The notes: generated by a model from the letters alone, not told the origin. DNA of 58,876 nucleotides from a virus (IMGVR_UViG_3300017706_000666:1-58876); one strand, 5' to 3'; positions 1 to 10,509 are shown, numbered from the stretch's first letter. Translations and numbers: made by a program.

Positions 1-123
1 CATCAGCTGTTTCCTCAGTAGCCGGAGGCGTTGTAGCTGGCTCTGAAGGTTCGGGTACATCGATGTCGCCCAAGTCAGGCGGAGCTGCTGTAGTGTCCGT
101 TGCTGCTGGGGTAGGCGGAGGAG
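1..123. repeat. Terminal direct repeat (identical to 58754-58876), most likely the overlap of a circular assembly
   Basis: Exact 123-bp identity (catcagctgt...ggcggaggag) at both ends. A minus-strand ORF reads in frame through the junction. Confidence 0.95.
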
Positions 124-1942
124 CTGTAACCGTGCTGTCACTAGCGGCGGGGGGAGCGGGTGGAGGTGTACCCGTGCTATCACTAGCTGCTGGTTCTGGA
201 GGTGGTGCGCCACCAGTAGTCGATGCCGTGGCGGGCCCTGTTGAGCTTGCTGCTGGTGGGTCTGGGTCGGCGGCGAGTTCAGGAATAGTCATACCGCTTT
301 GCTGAAGGAAAGAGGTCAGCCTATTCTCGTCGATTACGCCCACTTGTTCGTTGAACATGGCAATCTTTTGCCTAGCCAACAGTCTTTGGTTCTCAGACTT
401 AGGCTTGTTTCCGGATTCAAACAACCCGTTGTTCAGTCCGGTCTTAATGCGAAGGAACTCTGGGCCTCTAGTCCCAAGGTCAATAAATGTATTGTCGTAC
501 TTCTTGAACCAGTCCTTTACAATCTGTTCTGCCCGAGCTTGGTCCATACCTCCGTTTAGGAGTGCATCAATGCTTTCCTGCCTGCTCTTCGTAGCAGAGA
601 CCTTGTATCCAATTTCTTCACCGTCGTTGTTAAACACGATTTCCTCAATAGAAAGACCTCGTCCCTCCATAGTGACCTGATACCTACTGTCTGCGAGAGT
701 CGGCATCACAAACTGTGCTTCACCATTACTTGCGTCGGTTTGCAACATGGCAGGTGCCTGAGCAAAATACGCAGCTTGGTCTTCTGAGTTTTCCATGGCT
801 TGCTCCGCCAAGGCTTCCGCCAAAGAGTTAGCCTCCTCCTCTAACTGAGCAGCATATAAGCCTGTCTCGTTGTCTTTAGAGATTCTTTCTGCAATAGTCC
901 CGGCAATCCCTTCGTAGTATGTGGCCTTGGCCTCACGAGCAGCGCGAATCTGAGCAAACGACTCTTCGCTAAACTCTGTAGGTCTATCATTAAACTGTTC
1001 GACATCCACATTGAATACGTACTCACCGTCTTCGTTAAACTGACCTTCTAAGAAAGTTGCTCCCGGCATATATGCCTCTGGCGGGTAGATTCTAGAAGCG
1101 TCAAGAACGTCTTGCTGTGTGAGTTCGTTCTTGTTAGGAGCGTCATTTACCTTGTATCCGTAGATAGAGATGGCCTGACCCATTTCGTTTGGGTGGGCTA
1201 CGTTCTTCTTGTCCAGCACCCTAGCAACGTCACCATACAGCTTGTTTAGGTCCAGCTCTCCAGTCTGAAAGTCTGTGCCATCGAATCGAAGTTGATAGAC
1301 ACCTTCTGAGTTAGAGAAGTTCTCCGTGTACATGGTGTCTGCCAACGGTGCAACGAGGTACTCAGACCCCTCAAACTTGATTGGAGGAGCGTAACCCCCA
1401 CGGGGGTCGTTAAGTGTGGACTCTCTCCACGGGGTTTGAACCCCATTAGCATCCTCAAAAGCAAACGAACCGTCGGCCAACTGAACAGGAACGCCACTAT
1501 CGTGAACCCTATACTCTGCTTGAATCTCAGGAACTGTAGCCGCAGCGTTTTGGAAATTACCAATAGCCACATTGTCCATGATGTTCTTCTCCGAAGAGGA
1601 CACGGCGGTACCGATATTGACAAGGTCTACATATTCCTGTTTTGCAGTTTGATAAGACTGAACGTCCTCGGCACGACCCGTCGAATAAGCACGAGCTGCT
1701 TTTTCTTGCATGTCGTTTAACAGGGATTGACCCATTCTACCATATCGCCCTGAAAGACCAGCGGGTAAAGATGCTTGCTGCGCCTTCGTAAAACCCATCC
1801 GTGTATCGAGCTCTACCTGCCGCTGCTTTCGCTTCTCCTGAATCTCGCTCAGGCTGTTAGAGATTTCCGCTCCTGCCTGACGGCCTATCTCGCTAAAGCT
1901 AACGCGGTCAGCTAAATACCCTGTCTTAAATCTTGTGCCCAT
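1..1942 (-). CDS. 5' part of a 718-aa internal virion/ejection protein that spans the circular junction (ends at 58539)
   Basis: ATG at 1942 overlaps the TAA of the upstream gene (TAATG). Translated by hand: MGTRFKTGYLADRVSF..., no stop down to position 1, in frame with 58539-58826. Lies between the 295-aa and 3301-aa internal proteins. Absent from the ORF track because it runs off the edge. Confidence 0.85.
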   Translation of the reverse strand, partial: MGTRFKTGYLADRVSFSEIGRQAGAEISNSLSEIQEKRKQRQVELDTRMGFTKAQQASLPAGLSGRYGRMGQSLLNDMQEKAARAYSTGRAEDVQSYQTAKQEYVDLVNIGTAVSSSEKNIMDNVAIGNFQNAAATVPEIQAEYRVHDSGVPVQLADGSFAFEDANGVQTPWRESTLNDPRGGYAPPIKFEGSEYLVAPLADTMYTENFSNSEGVYQLRFDGTDFQTGELDLNKLYGDVARVLDKKNVAHPNEMGQAISIYGYKVNDAPNKNELTQQDVLDASRIYPPEAYMPGATFLEGQFNEDGEYVFNVDVEQFNDRPTEFSEESFAQIRAAREAKATYYEGIAGTIAERISKDNETGLYAAQLEEEANSLAEALAEQAMENSEDQAAYFAQAPAMLQTDASNGEAQFVMPTLADSRYQVTMEGRGLSIEEIVFNNDGEEIGYKVSATKSRQESIDALLNGGMDQARAEQIVKDWFKKYDNTFIDLGTRGPEFLRIKTGLNNGLFESGNKPKSENQRLLARQKIAMFNEQVGVIDENRLTSFLQQSGMTIPELAADPDPPAASSTGPATASTTGGAPPPEPAASDSTGTPPPAPPAASDSTVTAPPPTPAATDTTAAPPDLGDIDVPEPSEPATTPPATEETAD

Positions 1943-2829
1943 TAGTCTGCTTTTTCAAAGTCATTTACCATGGTCTGAACCTCCTTCCTAAGGACCTTCA
2001 TTCCTTTTATGGAGGAGTCCTTCGCTTTATTTTTTAGTCTGTTGGCACGAGCGGGGTCAATTACATACTCACCTCCCGTCAAAGCAAGGCCCATAGAGTT
2101 GCCCTCTTCGTCAACCACATACATTTCGTTTTTCTCGTGACTAAACTTACCGGGGGTCTTCTGAACCTTAGCGCCATCTTCGGCCATAGCCTTTACAGCA
2201 CCAAGTCCGATACCGAAACTCGCGGCACCACCAAGAGCGGCACCAAATCCCTGTCCAATCTGGGCTCTAGCCTGCCCAAGTTTTGCGTCTGCAAGAGCCT
2301 TAGCGTCGTATGCAAAGTCAATATCTCTATTCGAGCGAGCCTCACGCAACCCAGTCTCTCTTTCTCTTGCACTCGCTAGATTGGTAAGTGCCGATGTCTG
2401 TAATCGCTGTTGAGTCAAAGTCTCTTCTCTCATTTGTCTCTGAGCCTGAGACTGAGCGCCCATGATTGCGCCTAGACCACGAGCCCCGAACTGTTGAGCG
2501 GCCCCCGCTGTGGTGGCTAGAGAACGATTGATGTCATCTGTTCGCATCTGAAGCAGACGTTGGTCGTAGGCGTTCTTTACCGCGTCATAGTATTCACCCG
2601 GTGTAGATAGCGATGGCTGATTACCAAGAACTGATTCTAAATTTTCGTTAGCTTTTGCAAGCTCTTTCTTTGCCTGACCCTTAGCTACAAAGCCTGACAC
2701 AATATCGGCTACTCCACCAAGCCCTGACGCAGCTCCACTAGCCATCATCCCAGTAAGGTCACTAGCCATGCCGTAACCACCCTCACCACCAGCCTTCCCT
2801 AGCTTCCCCAAATCATCAAATAGTCCCAT
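1942..2829 (-). CDS. Internal virion (cargo/ejection) protein, Gly/Ala-rich, crAss-like
   Basis: Gly/Ala-rich hydrophobic segments, coiled-coil core, C-terminal TPGKFSH...LTGGEYVIDP motif. Position after the tail genes. Confidence 0.6.
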   Translation of the reverse strand: MGLFDDLGKLGKAGGEGGYGMASDLTGMMASGAASGLGGVADIVSGFVAKGQAKKELAKANENLESVLGNQPSLSTPGEYYDAVKNAYDQRLLQMRTDDINRSLATTAGAAQQFGARGLGAIMGAQSQAQRQMREETLTQQRLQTSALTNLASARERETGLREARSNRDIDFAYDAKALADAKLGQARAQIGQGFGAALGGAASFGIGLGAVKAMAEDGAKVQKTPGKFSHEKNEMYVVDEEGNSMGLALTGGEYVIDPARANRLKNKAKDSSIKGMKVLRKEVQTMVNDFEKAD

Positions 2830-2833
2830 ATTA

Positions 2834-2841
2834 CAAAGTTA
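2834..2841 (-). promoter_or_regulatory. Bacteroidota -7 promoter element TAACTTTG, 4 nt before ATG
   Basis: Matches the TAnnTTTG consensus and overlaps the stop codon of the upstream gene. Confidence 0.65.
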
Positions 2842-5800
2842 TTCTTTTTGGTCGTTATGCAATGGAGACCTAGAGTAAGCTGCATTTACAGCGAAAAGCT
2901 CAACGGCTCCAGTATTGTCGTTAGTCAACTTAATTTTTGCGTGATAGTCCCTGATTTTGTCTCCGTTTATTTCATCTTGAGACAACGCCATCAAGATATC
3001 GCCCGCAGAAACTCCAGAAGCGTTACTCAGTGTCACCTCAGTCCTGCTGTCAACAGAGTTAATCGTGGCGGACAAGTTGGTTTCACTTGACGAAGCCAAT
3101 AAATATGCAGCATCACCAATGCTAAATGGCAAATTGCTAATCCTTGAGGTAATCTTGACCTTGTTTCCGTCTTTAGACTCAACTCTACCAAGCACAACCT
3201 TGTGCGACATGTTTGCCGTAGAGTTAGACGTGATGTCTTTAGGGATGACAGTGTAATACATACCCTCCCTTTCCTCGTACATGGGCTCGGTAATGTTTGT
3301 TGTTTGCTGGGTGTTAGAAACAACAGCAGACCAAGTGTCATTACCCTCTAAGCTCAGGGCATTGTAAACTTTAACAGACGAAGGGTTCTCTTTTGATACT
3401 ACTTCAACCACAGAATTGTACTGACGCCCATAGAAATTGTTGTATGTACTGTTCACGTTGTGCCTGTGAATCTGACCGTTCTCAAATGAGAAGAACCTGT
3501 TGTGCAGGTGTGCGTACATCTCAGGGTTGAAGGAGTAAAGGGATAGCCAAAAGTTTTTGGTTGCCCCCCATGCAATAGTTTTTCCTGCATCGTCCGTACC
3601 TGCCGCCACGCTAACAGCCACACTTGCGTCGTCCGCAACTGCTGCCCGAATAGAGACACAGTTTGTTGGGAACAACACAGAGCCGTCTCCGGGATTGAAC
3701 TGGCATACACCCCTAAAGGAGCCCTTTGAGTGAACCAAATCCATCTCAATAGTTGCGGACTCCCTTTGTTTTTGAGGCTCTATGAAAACAGAGGCCCTCT
3801 CAGTAAGTCTGTCTACGTACATCACGGCGGTGCCGATAGTGTTCCATTGCGGTAGCCGCGCAACAGGACGTATAACGTCAGATTCCCAAGACAGTGCTTC
3901 CTTATCCCAAGTTGGCAGGTTTTCAAACGAAGCAACAGACTTTAGCTTTCCATTAGCGCCAGCAATCCTAGGATTTGTAGGGGGCAATGGGACGTCTCCT
4001 ACGTTTGTGCTTCCTATCGTGATGTCGTTGACCTGCTGGCCCTCAACAGTCACAATGTATTCGCTGTTTTCTGGGTCGAATCCACATGGTATTCTGGGAA
4101 TCTGTTCACGCACCAAGAGGTCTGCAAACAGGTTCTCAAAGAAGGACTCTAGCTTGACGTCGCTAATGGGTTCAATGCCTTTAGAAGACACCCTAACAAT
4201 CTTGCCCGCCTCCATGTCAGCGAAATACGTAATACCAAACCTGTCTACAACAGACTCAGGGTTTCTACCCGGACCATATATGCCAGCATAGTACGTCTCG
4301 GTGCCCAGAACATTTTTGCTGGTCACGAGCATGCCGTCTTGAGCAGCTTCAATCAGCTGCCTACCCACTGGTGTCGCGCTTATTTTCTTTTCTTGTAACA
4401 CCAATAGCGACTCCCCCTTATCTACGAGGTACGTAATGAAACCATCCGCTGAGTTGTAGTCCTTAAACGGAAACAAGACAGGGTTAAATGAGGAGAGGTT
4501 TAGCCGTGCCGAATCCGAAACAAAAGGTTCGCTATATGTCACAGCAGAGTTCCTAGAAATCTCTCTCTGTTCAGGCGTTTCGATGTGCGGTCTGCCTATG
4601 CTGACGGCCTTGGAGTCAAAGAAATCGCTGACTCTTTCGTCTTCGATAACGTACTTCACGTAAACAGCACTGTCTACATCAATTGGGCTAAACGCTCTGG
4701 TGATATCAGACTGAAGTGTAGGTGTATAGTCTATCTCAGCGTTGCTTAACTGCTCCCTAATCCTCAAGTATACGTCGCCTTGGTTCAAGGTTATAACTCC
4801 GGGGAACAATCCGTTATTGCCTGCTGCTGTTATGGTGTTGTTTCCAACAGAGCTTCCTATGGTATTTTGAGTAAACGGATTTGACGGGTGAATGGTGTAC
4901 GTATTTGTACCGTCTCCGTTGTCAAACAAATTTTCTACAAAAACATACCCGCTCGAAGACGCCGTGGTTAATACTCGGTCTCCTCTATACAGCCTTTCGT
5001 CCGAAGTAAACCTATTAGCGTTTACAACAGAGATGGAGAACGTGGGTGACGTGCTATTACTTCTGTCTCCAGCGTGAGTCCTCGCACCGCCCACCTCAAC
5101 GATGTCGTACTGCTCTCCTACTTCGTGGTACAGCTTAGCCTCGGTTGCTCGCTTAGGTCTATATATCTCAACTAGACACCGCTGAGAAAAGAAATCTGTA
5201 CCTAGCCTTACTGAGTCTCTATCGAATCCCGGCGTTGAGTTGTCTCTAAGTGTCAAGAACCACCCGGTTCTCCTGTAGTTGTCCTCGTCGTCCTGAGATG
5301 TACTGTCCGTGAGTTTGATTGGGTTCTGGTCGTCGTCGTTATAAAACTGATAAGACGTAATCTTGAACTCATTCATAGGGCGAACGATACCCTGTGGTCC
5401 CACATACTCAAGAACCCTTAGTACATCACCCTCCTTGTACTCATAAGAAATCTCAGCGCCCTTAAAATCCCTGTATGAGTTTGACTTGCCCTCAAGGGGC
5501 CGCATAGAGATAAAGATTTGGCCGTTTATTCCTCCCTCAAGGCCCTGTAGTACAGGTCTTGTTTTTGTGCCATCACTAGAGCGAATGTCAGCGAAGTCTG
5601 TTTTCTTTCCAAGGGCGGCCTCAGCAACTGAGACTTGCAATATCTTCTCGTAGGTGTTGTTCTTAGAGTAAACGGGGGCCCACTTCGTAGCCCATGGAGG
5701 TGGCTCGTGAATAAGCCTAAGGTCAACACTTGTTCTACCTTCTCTTCCTTGTCTTTGTGCAGAGCCAAAATGAGGGACGTTTACATCTCCAATCTTTTGA

Positions 5801-8052
5801 ACTCCAGAAGCTCTGTTTCTGTGGTCGTAATAAACAATTCCAAAGTCATGAGCGGCTCCAGCCTTAAAGGAGGTTAGGTCGGCGCCATCAGACTGAATGA
5901 CATCTAAGCTACCACTAGCCACCTCGTAGTCAAAGAAGTAAGACCTGATAGCTCCACTAGAGCCAATACTGAAATCGTTCAGACTGAATCCTGAAGTCGG
6001 GTTGTTGTATTGGCTATTTATGATTAAGCTAATGTCTGACGAATCAAACAGGTATGCTTGAAAGGTATTTAGACTGAGACCACCGTTGTGTGTCCCAGCT
6101 AGCAGAGTTCCGTTTGTAGTGTCTACAAAATCGTTTCCAATTGTCGCGCCAGAGTTGCTAATCTGGAGCGGGGCCACAGCCTGAACAGCCTCTAAGTCTA
6201 CATTGACGCAACGAATCTTGAACTTAACGTTGTTTGTTGCGCCATCAAACTCAGCAGAATATATTTGAAAATCAAGCACACCCTCTAGCCATACAGCCAG
6301 CCTGTCGGCGTCGGCATTGGTCCCGGGAGATTGTGCCCCGCCAGTTTTTTGAAGCATAGCACTCGCACCCGAAAGGGGGTTGGGAGCATTAGGAGGACCA
6401 CTAAGGGGCTCGCTCAAAAAGGTGCACGATACCTGTCCAATAGTGCCAACAATGTTGTCTTGAATCCAAGTGAAAAGCTCAGCTTGTGTAGCCGCTGTGG
6501 GTGCGGGGTGCTGTGACTGAAAGGTTAGGTTGCCCACAGGCTTTAAAGCAATACCGTTAAATATCTCGTCGCTGTCCAAGACAAACATGTCGTCAGCGTT
6601 AATGAGATTGCTACCATTGTTGTAGTAGGTCGCCGTAGTGTATGCCTGCCTAGTGTTCGGACCCGTACCGTCAGCACCTGTTGCCGCAAATCCAATTTTA
6701 CTTGCGGAGATGTTGACGTTAAAATCAACAACCCCTTGATTGTCCTCAATCCCTAATGCAGGGAAGTTCGATAGGTCAAGATTAAAATTGATTCCGTCAG
6801 TAGTGGAGTCCCCAAACCTTGCAAACGGTTCAGTCGGAGGTGCAAAAAACCCAAAGGGTACCGCTCCGCCAATATCAGCAGCCAAAAATTCTTCCTTCTG
6901 GTTATTGCTGCTTGAGTCATCAAGTATTTCGGTGGCACCGTCTAGTACAGGAAGGTTTAGATTCACCGCTGTAGCTGACCTAGGAGAGAAAACGTTATAG
7001 GCGTATACGTCTGTATTCTCTAAATTGTCAAAACCCTCTACGTAGTCTCCGTACATCAGCCTTCCGCCACAAATAGCTTGGCTTGACGCGAGCCTAGGCA
7101 CAGCATCAAACGGCTTGTTTGCTTCCTCATCCGAAAGCGCGGGGTAGACTCCATCGTTTCTAAAGATGAATGATTGAGTTCCTCCGACAACGTTATTGTC
7201 AAGTTCTGCAACCTTGAGAAAAAGCTGGTCGTTGTTCTTTCTAGCAAAGACACGAATCTTTCTTACAGGTCCGTCCGAGTTGGTTACGGTTATCTCAAGC
7301 TCGTTATTATCACCACCCAAGAACTCCATAGCCGGAGCGTTAAAGGCCATGTTTGTAGGGCTTACCGCAAGGTCTGAGTAAATACCAAGGGCGGATACCT
7401 CACCGTCGTCATACACGTATTGATACGTGAACTGAAAGCAACTTTCCTTCAGGTTGTTTGAGCCAATGGTGGGATTTGTGATAAACCGAAACGTAGCAGC
7501 GGTCTGTGGCGGCTGCTTGCATACGGTCAGAAACTTCTGCTTTTGAATAGCAGTTCCACTAGTAAGGTTGGCGTCATAGTTACCCAACAATAGCTTAGTG
7601 GCGTTGAGTTTTCTTGGCTCGTTCCTGTTGTCCGTGAAGTAAAGAAGGTGCTCTTGGTGTTGATTGATGACAACGTCACCCTTCACAAAAGCATCACGCT
7701 GAAAGTTCAGAACAGAATCCTGATACAGCTTCTCATACCTGTCCGTTACAGAATCATATCTGTATATCCCGTGATTGTTAGCTGAATTGTACAAGAAGAA
7801 GTACATGCACTTACCCGCCTCGCAAGGAACAACGCCAATAACCCTGTTGTCTCCAGACGATGGGATAGAGTCCGCTGTGTTCTCCGCTGGCAATACGGCT
7901 GTAGTGCCCTCAACATTCTTTATGATTCCTTGAGTCCCGTCGGTTTCGTGAGATACGCGCACGTTAAGAGCGTCCGTCATCTCAAACGGCTTCACCAACC
8001 TCTCATCTTCATCCTTGTTGAGGTATTGGGGTACGAGCTTTTCAATCGCCAT
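2839..8052 (-). CDS. Large tail 'stabilization'/muzzle protein (P22 gp10-like, crAss-type), 1737 aa
   Basis: N-terminal LNKDEDERLVKPFEMTDALNVRV and LYFTDNRNEPRKLN motifs typical of crAss-like stabilization proteins. Beta-rich; follows the ring genes. Confidence 0.75.
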   Translation of the reverse strand: MAIEKLVPQYLNKDEDERLVKPFEMTDALNVRVSHETDGTQGIIKNVEGTTAVLPAENTADSIPSSGDNRVIGVVPCEAGKCMYFFLYNSANNHGIYRYDSVTDRYEKLYQDSVLNFQRDAFVKGDVVINQHQEHLLYFTDNRNEPRKLNATKLLLGNYDANLTSGTAIQKQKFLTVCKQPPQTAATFRFITNPTIGSNNLKESCFQFTYQYVYDDGEVSALGIYSDLAVSPTNMAFNAPAMEFLGGDNNELEITVTNSDGPVRKIRVFARKNNDQLFLKVAELDNNVVGGTQSFIFRNDGVYPALSDEEANKPFDAVPRLASSQAICGGRLMYGDYVEGFDNLENTDVYAYNVFSPRSATAVNLNLPVLDGATEILDDSSSNNQKEEFLAADIGGAVPFGFFAPPTEPFARFGDSTTDGINFNLDLSNFPALGIEDNQGVVDFNVNISASKIGFAATGADGTGPNTRQAYTTATYYNNGSNLINADDMFVLDSDEIFNGIALKPVGNLTFQSQHPAPTAATQAELFTWIQDNIVGTIGQVSCTFLSEPLSGPPNAPNPLSGASAMLQKTGGAQSPGTNADADRLAVWLEGVLDFQIYSAEFDGATNNVKFKIRCVNVDLEAVQAVAPLQISNSGATIGNDFVDTTNGTLLAGTHNGGLSLNTFQAYLFDSSDISLIINSQYNNPTSGFSLNDFSIGSSGAIRSYFFDYEVASGSLDVIQSDGADLTSFKAGAAHDFGIVYYDHRNRASGVQKIGDVNVPHFGSAQRQGREGRTSVDLRLIHEPPPWATKWAPVYSKNNTYEKILQVSVAEAALGKKTDFADIRSSDGTKTRPVLQGLEGGINGQIFISMRPLEGKSNSYRDFKGAEISYEYKEGDVLRVLEYVGPQGIVRPMNEFKITSYQFYNDDDQNPIKLTDSTSQDDEDNYRRTGWFLTLRDNSTPGFDRDSVRLGTDFFSQRCLVEIYRPKRATEAKLYHEVGEQYDIVEVGGARTHAGDRSNSTSPTFSISVVNANRFTSDERLYRGDRVLTTASSSGYVFVENLFDNGDGTNTYTIHPSNPFTQNTIGSSVGNNTITAAGNNGLFPGVITLNQGDVYLRIREQLSNAEIDYTPTLQSDITRAFSPIDVDSAVYVKYVIEDERVSDFFDSKAVSIGRPHIETPEQREISRNSAVTYSEPFVSDSARLNLSSFNPVLFPFKDYNSADGFITYLVDKGESLLVLQEKKISATPVGRQLIEAAQDGMLVTSKNVLGTETYYAGIYGPGRNPESVVDRFGITYFADMEAGKIVRVSSKGIEPISDVKLESFFENLFADLLVREQIPRIPCGFDPENSEYIVTVEGQQVNDITIGSTNVGDVPLPPTNPRIAGANGKLKSVASFENLPTWDKEALSWESDVIRPVARLPQWNTIGTAVMYVDRLTERASVFIEPQKQRESATIEMDLVHSKGSFRGVCQFNPGDGSVLFPTNCVSIRAAVADDASVAVSVAAGTDDAGKTIAWGATKNFWLSLYSFNPEMYAHLHNRFFSFENGQIHRHNVNSTYNNFYGRQYNSVVEVVSKENPSSVKVYNALSLEGNDTWSAVVSNTQQTTNITEPMYEEREGMYYTVIPKDITSNSTANMSHKVVLGRVESKDGNKVKITSRISNLPFSIGDAAYLLASSSETNLSATINSVDSRTEVTLSNASGVSAGDILMALSQDEINGDKIRDYHAKIKLTNDNTGAVELFAVNAAYSRSPLHNDQKE

Positions 8053-8858
8053 TAGTACTTAGGTGCCTGCTTGGTGTTCTTGCGAATCGTCTTCAGGGCC
8101 TCCTCCATACTAAATGCCTTGAGCCTTGCGTTCGCCTTGCGTCTCTCGTTGTAATACTCAACTCTGGCTCTGTTCTTCTCTACAGCCGGAACGCTGCTTT
8201 TACGCTCTACCAGTTTGTAGTAGATGTAAGACCGAAGAGCCTCCTCTGCCTCCACATGAACCGTGGGATTGACAGAACGAGCCTCGTCTGCGATGTACTC
8301 AATAACAACCTCAGAGAACGTGCCAGCCGATACTTCAATTCTGTTCTGGTCTTCGTTCATCCTGTACTGCCCTTGATATTGTCCACCACCAAGACCGTAA
8401 ATCTGTCCAATATTGTTTTGGTAAACGTAGTTGCTGAACACGATGTAGTCGTCGTCACCGAACACGCCTAAGCCAAGCGTTCCGCCTTTAGCGTCTACCC
8501 TGTCGTTTATGCCGTCACCGTCACTATCAATGATATTACCAGATGCATCGGTGCTGTACTTCTGAGAGTAGTTAATATTCTTGTTCTCTCCCAAAACGTA
8601 GACCAACCCGTCCTCGCCCACCAAGCCAATCTTGACTAACGAGACAAAGTCATCTGGCAAGGTCACCGTGTCGTTGCTGTTCTTCGACAACTTCAGAGAC
8701 CTGACACGCTTAAGCATATCAAATCCCATCTCCCGGATTCCGCGCAAGGCAAAGTTCTTTACGACCATGTCCGATACGTTGCTCACGTAATCGTCCGAGT
8801 CGAGAGTCAGAACAAAGTCATTGACTACTTGGTCTACGGTAACTAGATTTCTTGCCAT
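8052..8858 (-). CDS. Tail ring / tubular structural protein
   Basis: VTLPDDFVSLVKIG and VVIEYIAD motifs; synteny between capsid and muzzle genes. Confidence 0.65.
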   Translation of the reverse strand: MARNLVTVDQVVNDFVLTLDSDDYVSNVSDMVVKNFALRGIREMGFDMLKRVRSLKLSKNSNDTVTLPDDFVSLVKIGLVGEDGLVYVLGENKNINYSQKYSTDASGNIIDSDGDGINDRVDAKGGTLGLGVFGDDDYIVFSNYVYQNNIGQIYGLGGGQYQGQYRMNEDQNRIEVSAGTFSEVVIEYIADEARSVNPTVHVEAEEALRSYIYYKLVERKSSVPAVEKNRARVEYYNERRKANARLKAFSMEEALKTIRKNTKQAPKY

Positions 8859-8861
8859 GCT

Positions 8862-9599
8862 TTATCTCTGTTGGGGTTGTTGCTGACCGTAATTAGAAAC
8901 GGCGGCATCCCTAAGGTTAATACCAATCAATCTAGCCATCTCCTCAACCAGCTTGGGGACATAGTGCTCAGGCATCTCAAAGTCAGTACTGCTGGCTGCG
9001 CTGTAAGCCTCTTTGTTGTTTAGCGTGGTAAAGCCAAACTTGGGAAGAGATGAGGTCCTTGCACCTGTGGCGGCGTTAAGTCCTTCTGGCTGCTTGTAGT
9101 ACCTGACCTTAATCTTATTCAGACTTTGAGGGTACACCTCAATCTGGTCGTCAAGAAAGGCAATAGGAGAGTCCTCGGTGGGTGCGCTAAGATTGCTGTG
9201 AAGCACATACTCTAACTTCTCTTCGTCATATTCAACGGGAATAGTAACAGAAGTATTCTCTCCAAACAGCAAGGAGCCGTCAGTCTTTACATTTATAATG
9301 CGAGAAAGGTCGTCAGGCTTAGCAAAATGAGAACCAGTGGTCCTAGAAATCGTGTTTGATGTTTTGGTGAACAAGGACAAATCCTCCTTGATTTGCTTAA
9401 TCAGAGAGTTGTTTCTGCCGGGGTCTACGCCTCTTTTCCTAAGCGCCTCCGCATTGACCAACTGACTAAAAAGACTGTTGAACACGTTTGTTTGCGCGAT
9501 AGGAGCGAAAGAGTTGAACTCTGTTGGCGTAACAAAGCCTCGCTCATCTTTGTTAGCGATGTCCTTTAGTGCATTATAAACCTCTCTAACACTTGCCAT
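8862..9599 (-). CDS. Head-tail adaptor / tail ring protein
   Basis: GFVTPTEFNSFA..AQ and YYKQP motifs; synteny. Confidence 0.65.
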   Translation of the reverse strand: MASVREVYNALKDIANKDERGFVTPTEFNSFAPIAQTNVFNSLFSQLVNAEALRKRGVDPGRNNSLIKQIKEDLSLFTKTSNTISRTTGSHFAKPDDLSRIINVKTDGSLLFGENTSVTIPVEYDEEKLEYVLHSNLSAPTEDSPIAFLDDQIEVYPQSLNKIKVRYYKQPEGLNAATGARTSSLPKFGFTTLNNKEAYSAASSTDFEMPEHYVPKLVEEMARLIGINLRDAAVSNYGQQQPQQR

Positions 9600-9616
9600 A
9601 GTAAGGGATTATCTCG

Positions 9617-9624
9617 CAAATATA
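9617..9624 (-). promoter_or_regulatory. Bacteroidota -7 promoter TATATTTG
   Basis: Consensus match immediately after a terminator and just upstream of the ATG at 9599. Confidence 0.7.
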
Positions 9625-9626
9625 CA

Positions 9627-9654
9627 GAAAAAGAAAGGGGGCTTGTGCCCCCTC
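9627..9654 (-). terminator. Rho-independent terminator
   Basis: GGGGGC/GCCCCC stem with a U-rich tail on the minus strand. Confidence 0.7.
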
Positions 9655-9678
9655 TCCAGTATCCATGCTGGTTATGCG

Positions 9679-10509
9679 TTATGCAATAGCCTCCAGTTGG
9701 CGCTCAATATCGGACAAAACCAGCGAGCCCTTGTCAGTCATGACAAAGCGAGTCATGACCTCGATTTTATCTTGTCCCACGGGGACGGAGGCAATCATCT
9801 TACCAGAGTCAAACCAGACCACGGCACCCTGCCTGAAGTCCAGAATCTGGAAGTCAAAGCCCTCGACCACTGTTGAACGTGCGTTCACCATGGGGCTGTC
9901 CACCATGGACATGAAATGGTTTGGGTCTCTCTTAGCTATCTGCACCAGAGTTCGCTTGATTGAGAGGTCCTTCTGATTCGTGTTAACGTTCAGTGCAACG
10001 GCAACGGGAAGCAATTCTTCAATGGGTCTTGACTTGATAATTGCAATAGCGTCATTGATTTGGAACTCTTGCTCCAAGACCTTCTCAGCGTCGTCTTCTT
10101 TGTTTACTAGCTTAAACACAGTACCTCCGTTTGACGCATTGTCTGGGTGCGCATCTAGGTACGCAACAAGGTTTGGCTTGTCGTAGTTGACAATCAATAC
10201 CTTGTTCTCAAAGTAAACGTGAGAGCGAACGGCTTGTGAGCTTTGCTCATCGATATAGATACTTGGCTCTGCTGGGCAGTATCGAATACCCCTAACGGTG
10301 TTGGTCTCTTCATCAAACACCTGTACACTGTTGCCTCTAATCTTAAGGAAGATGCCGCCTTGACGGTTTAGCGTCTCGTACAGTTTGGGAAGTTTAGACT
10401 CGTCTCGCTGAGTGCGCTTGACGGTTCTTTTCTTAGCGGGCTCTGATGCCACAACTTTTTTGATTGGGGCTTTTTTAGGGCGACCCGGACCCTTTGTTGT
10501 CTGTTCCAT
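9679..10509 (-). CDS. Conserved capsid-adjacent protein of crAss-like structural modules
   Basis: IRYCPAEPSIYIDEQ motif, basic N-terminus, directly downstream of the major capsid gene. Confidence 0.55.
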   Translation of the reverse strand: MEQTTKGPGRPKKAPIKKVVASEPAKKRTVKRTQRDESKLPKLYETLNRQGGIFLKIRGNSVQVFDEETNTVRGIRYCPAEPSIYIDEQSSQAVRSHVYFENKVLIVNYDKPNLVAYLDAHPDNASNGGTVFKLVNKEDDAEKVLEQEFQINDAIAIIKSRPIEELLPVAVALNVNTNQKDLSIKRTLVQIAKRDPNHFMSMVDSPMVNARSTVVEGFDFQILDFRQGAVVWFDSGKMIASVPVGQDKIEVMTRFVMTDKGSLVLSDIERQLEAIA

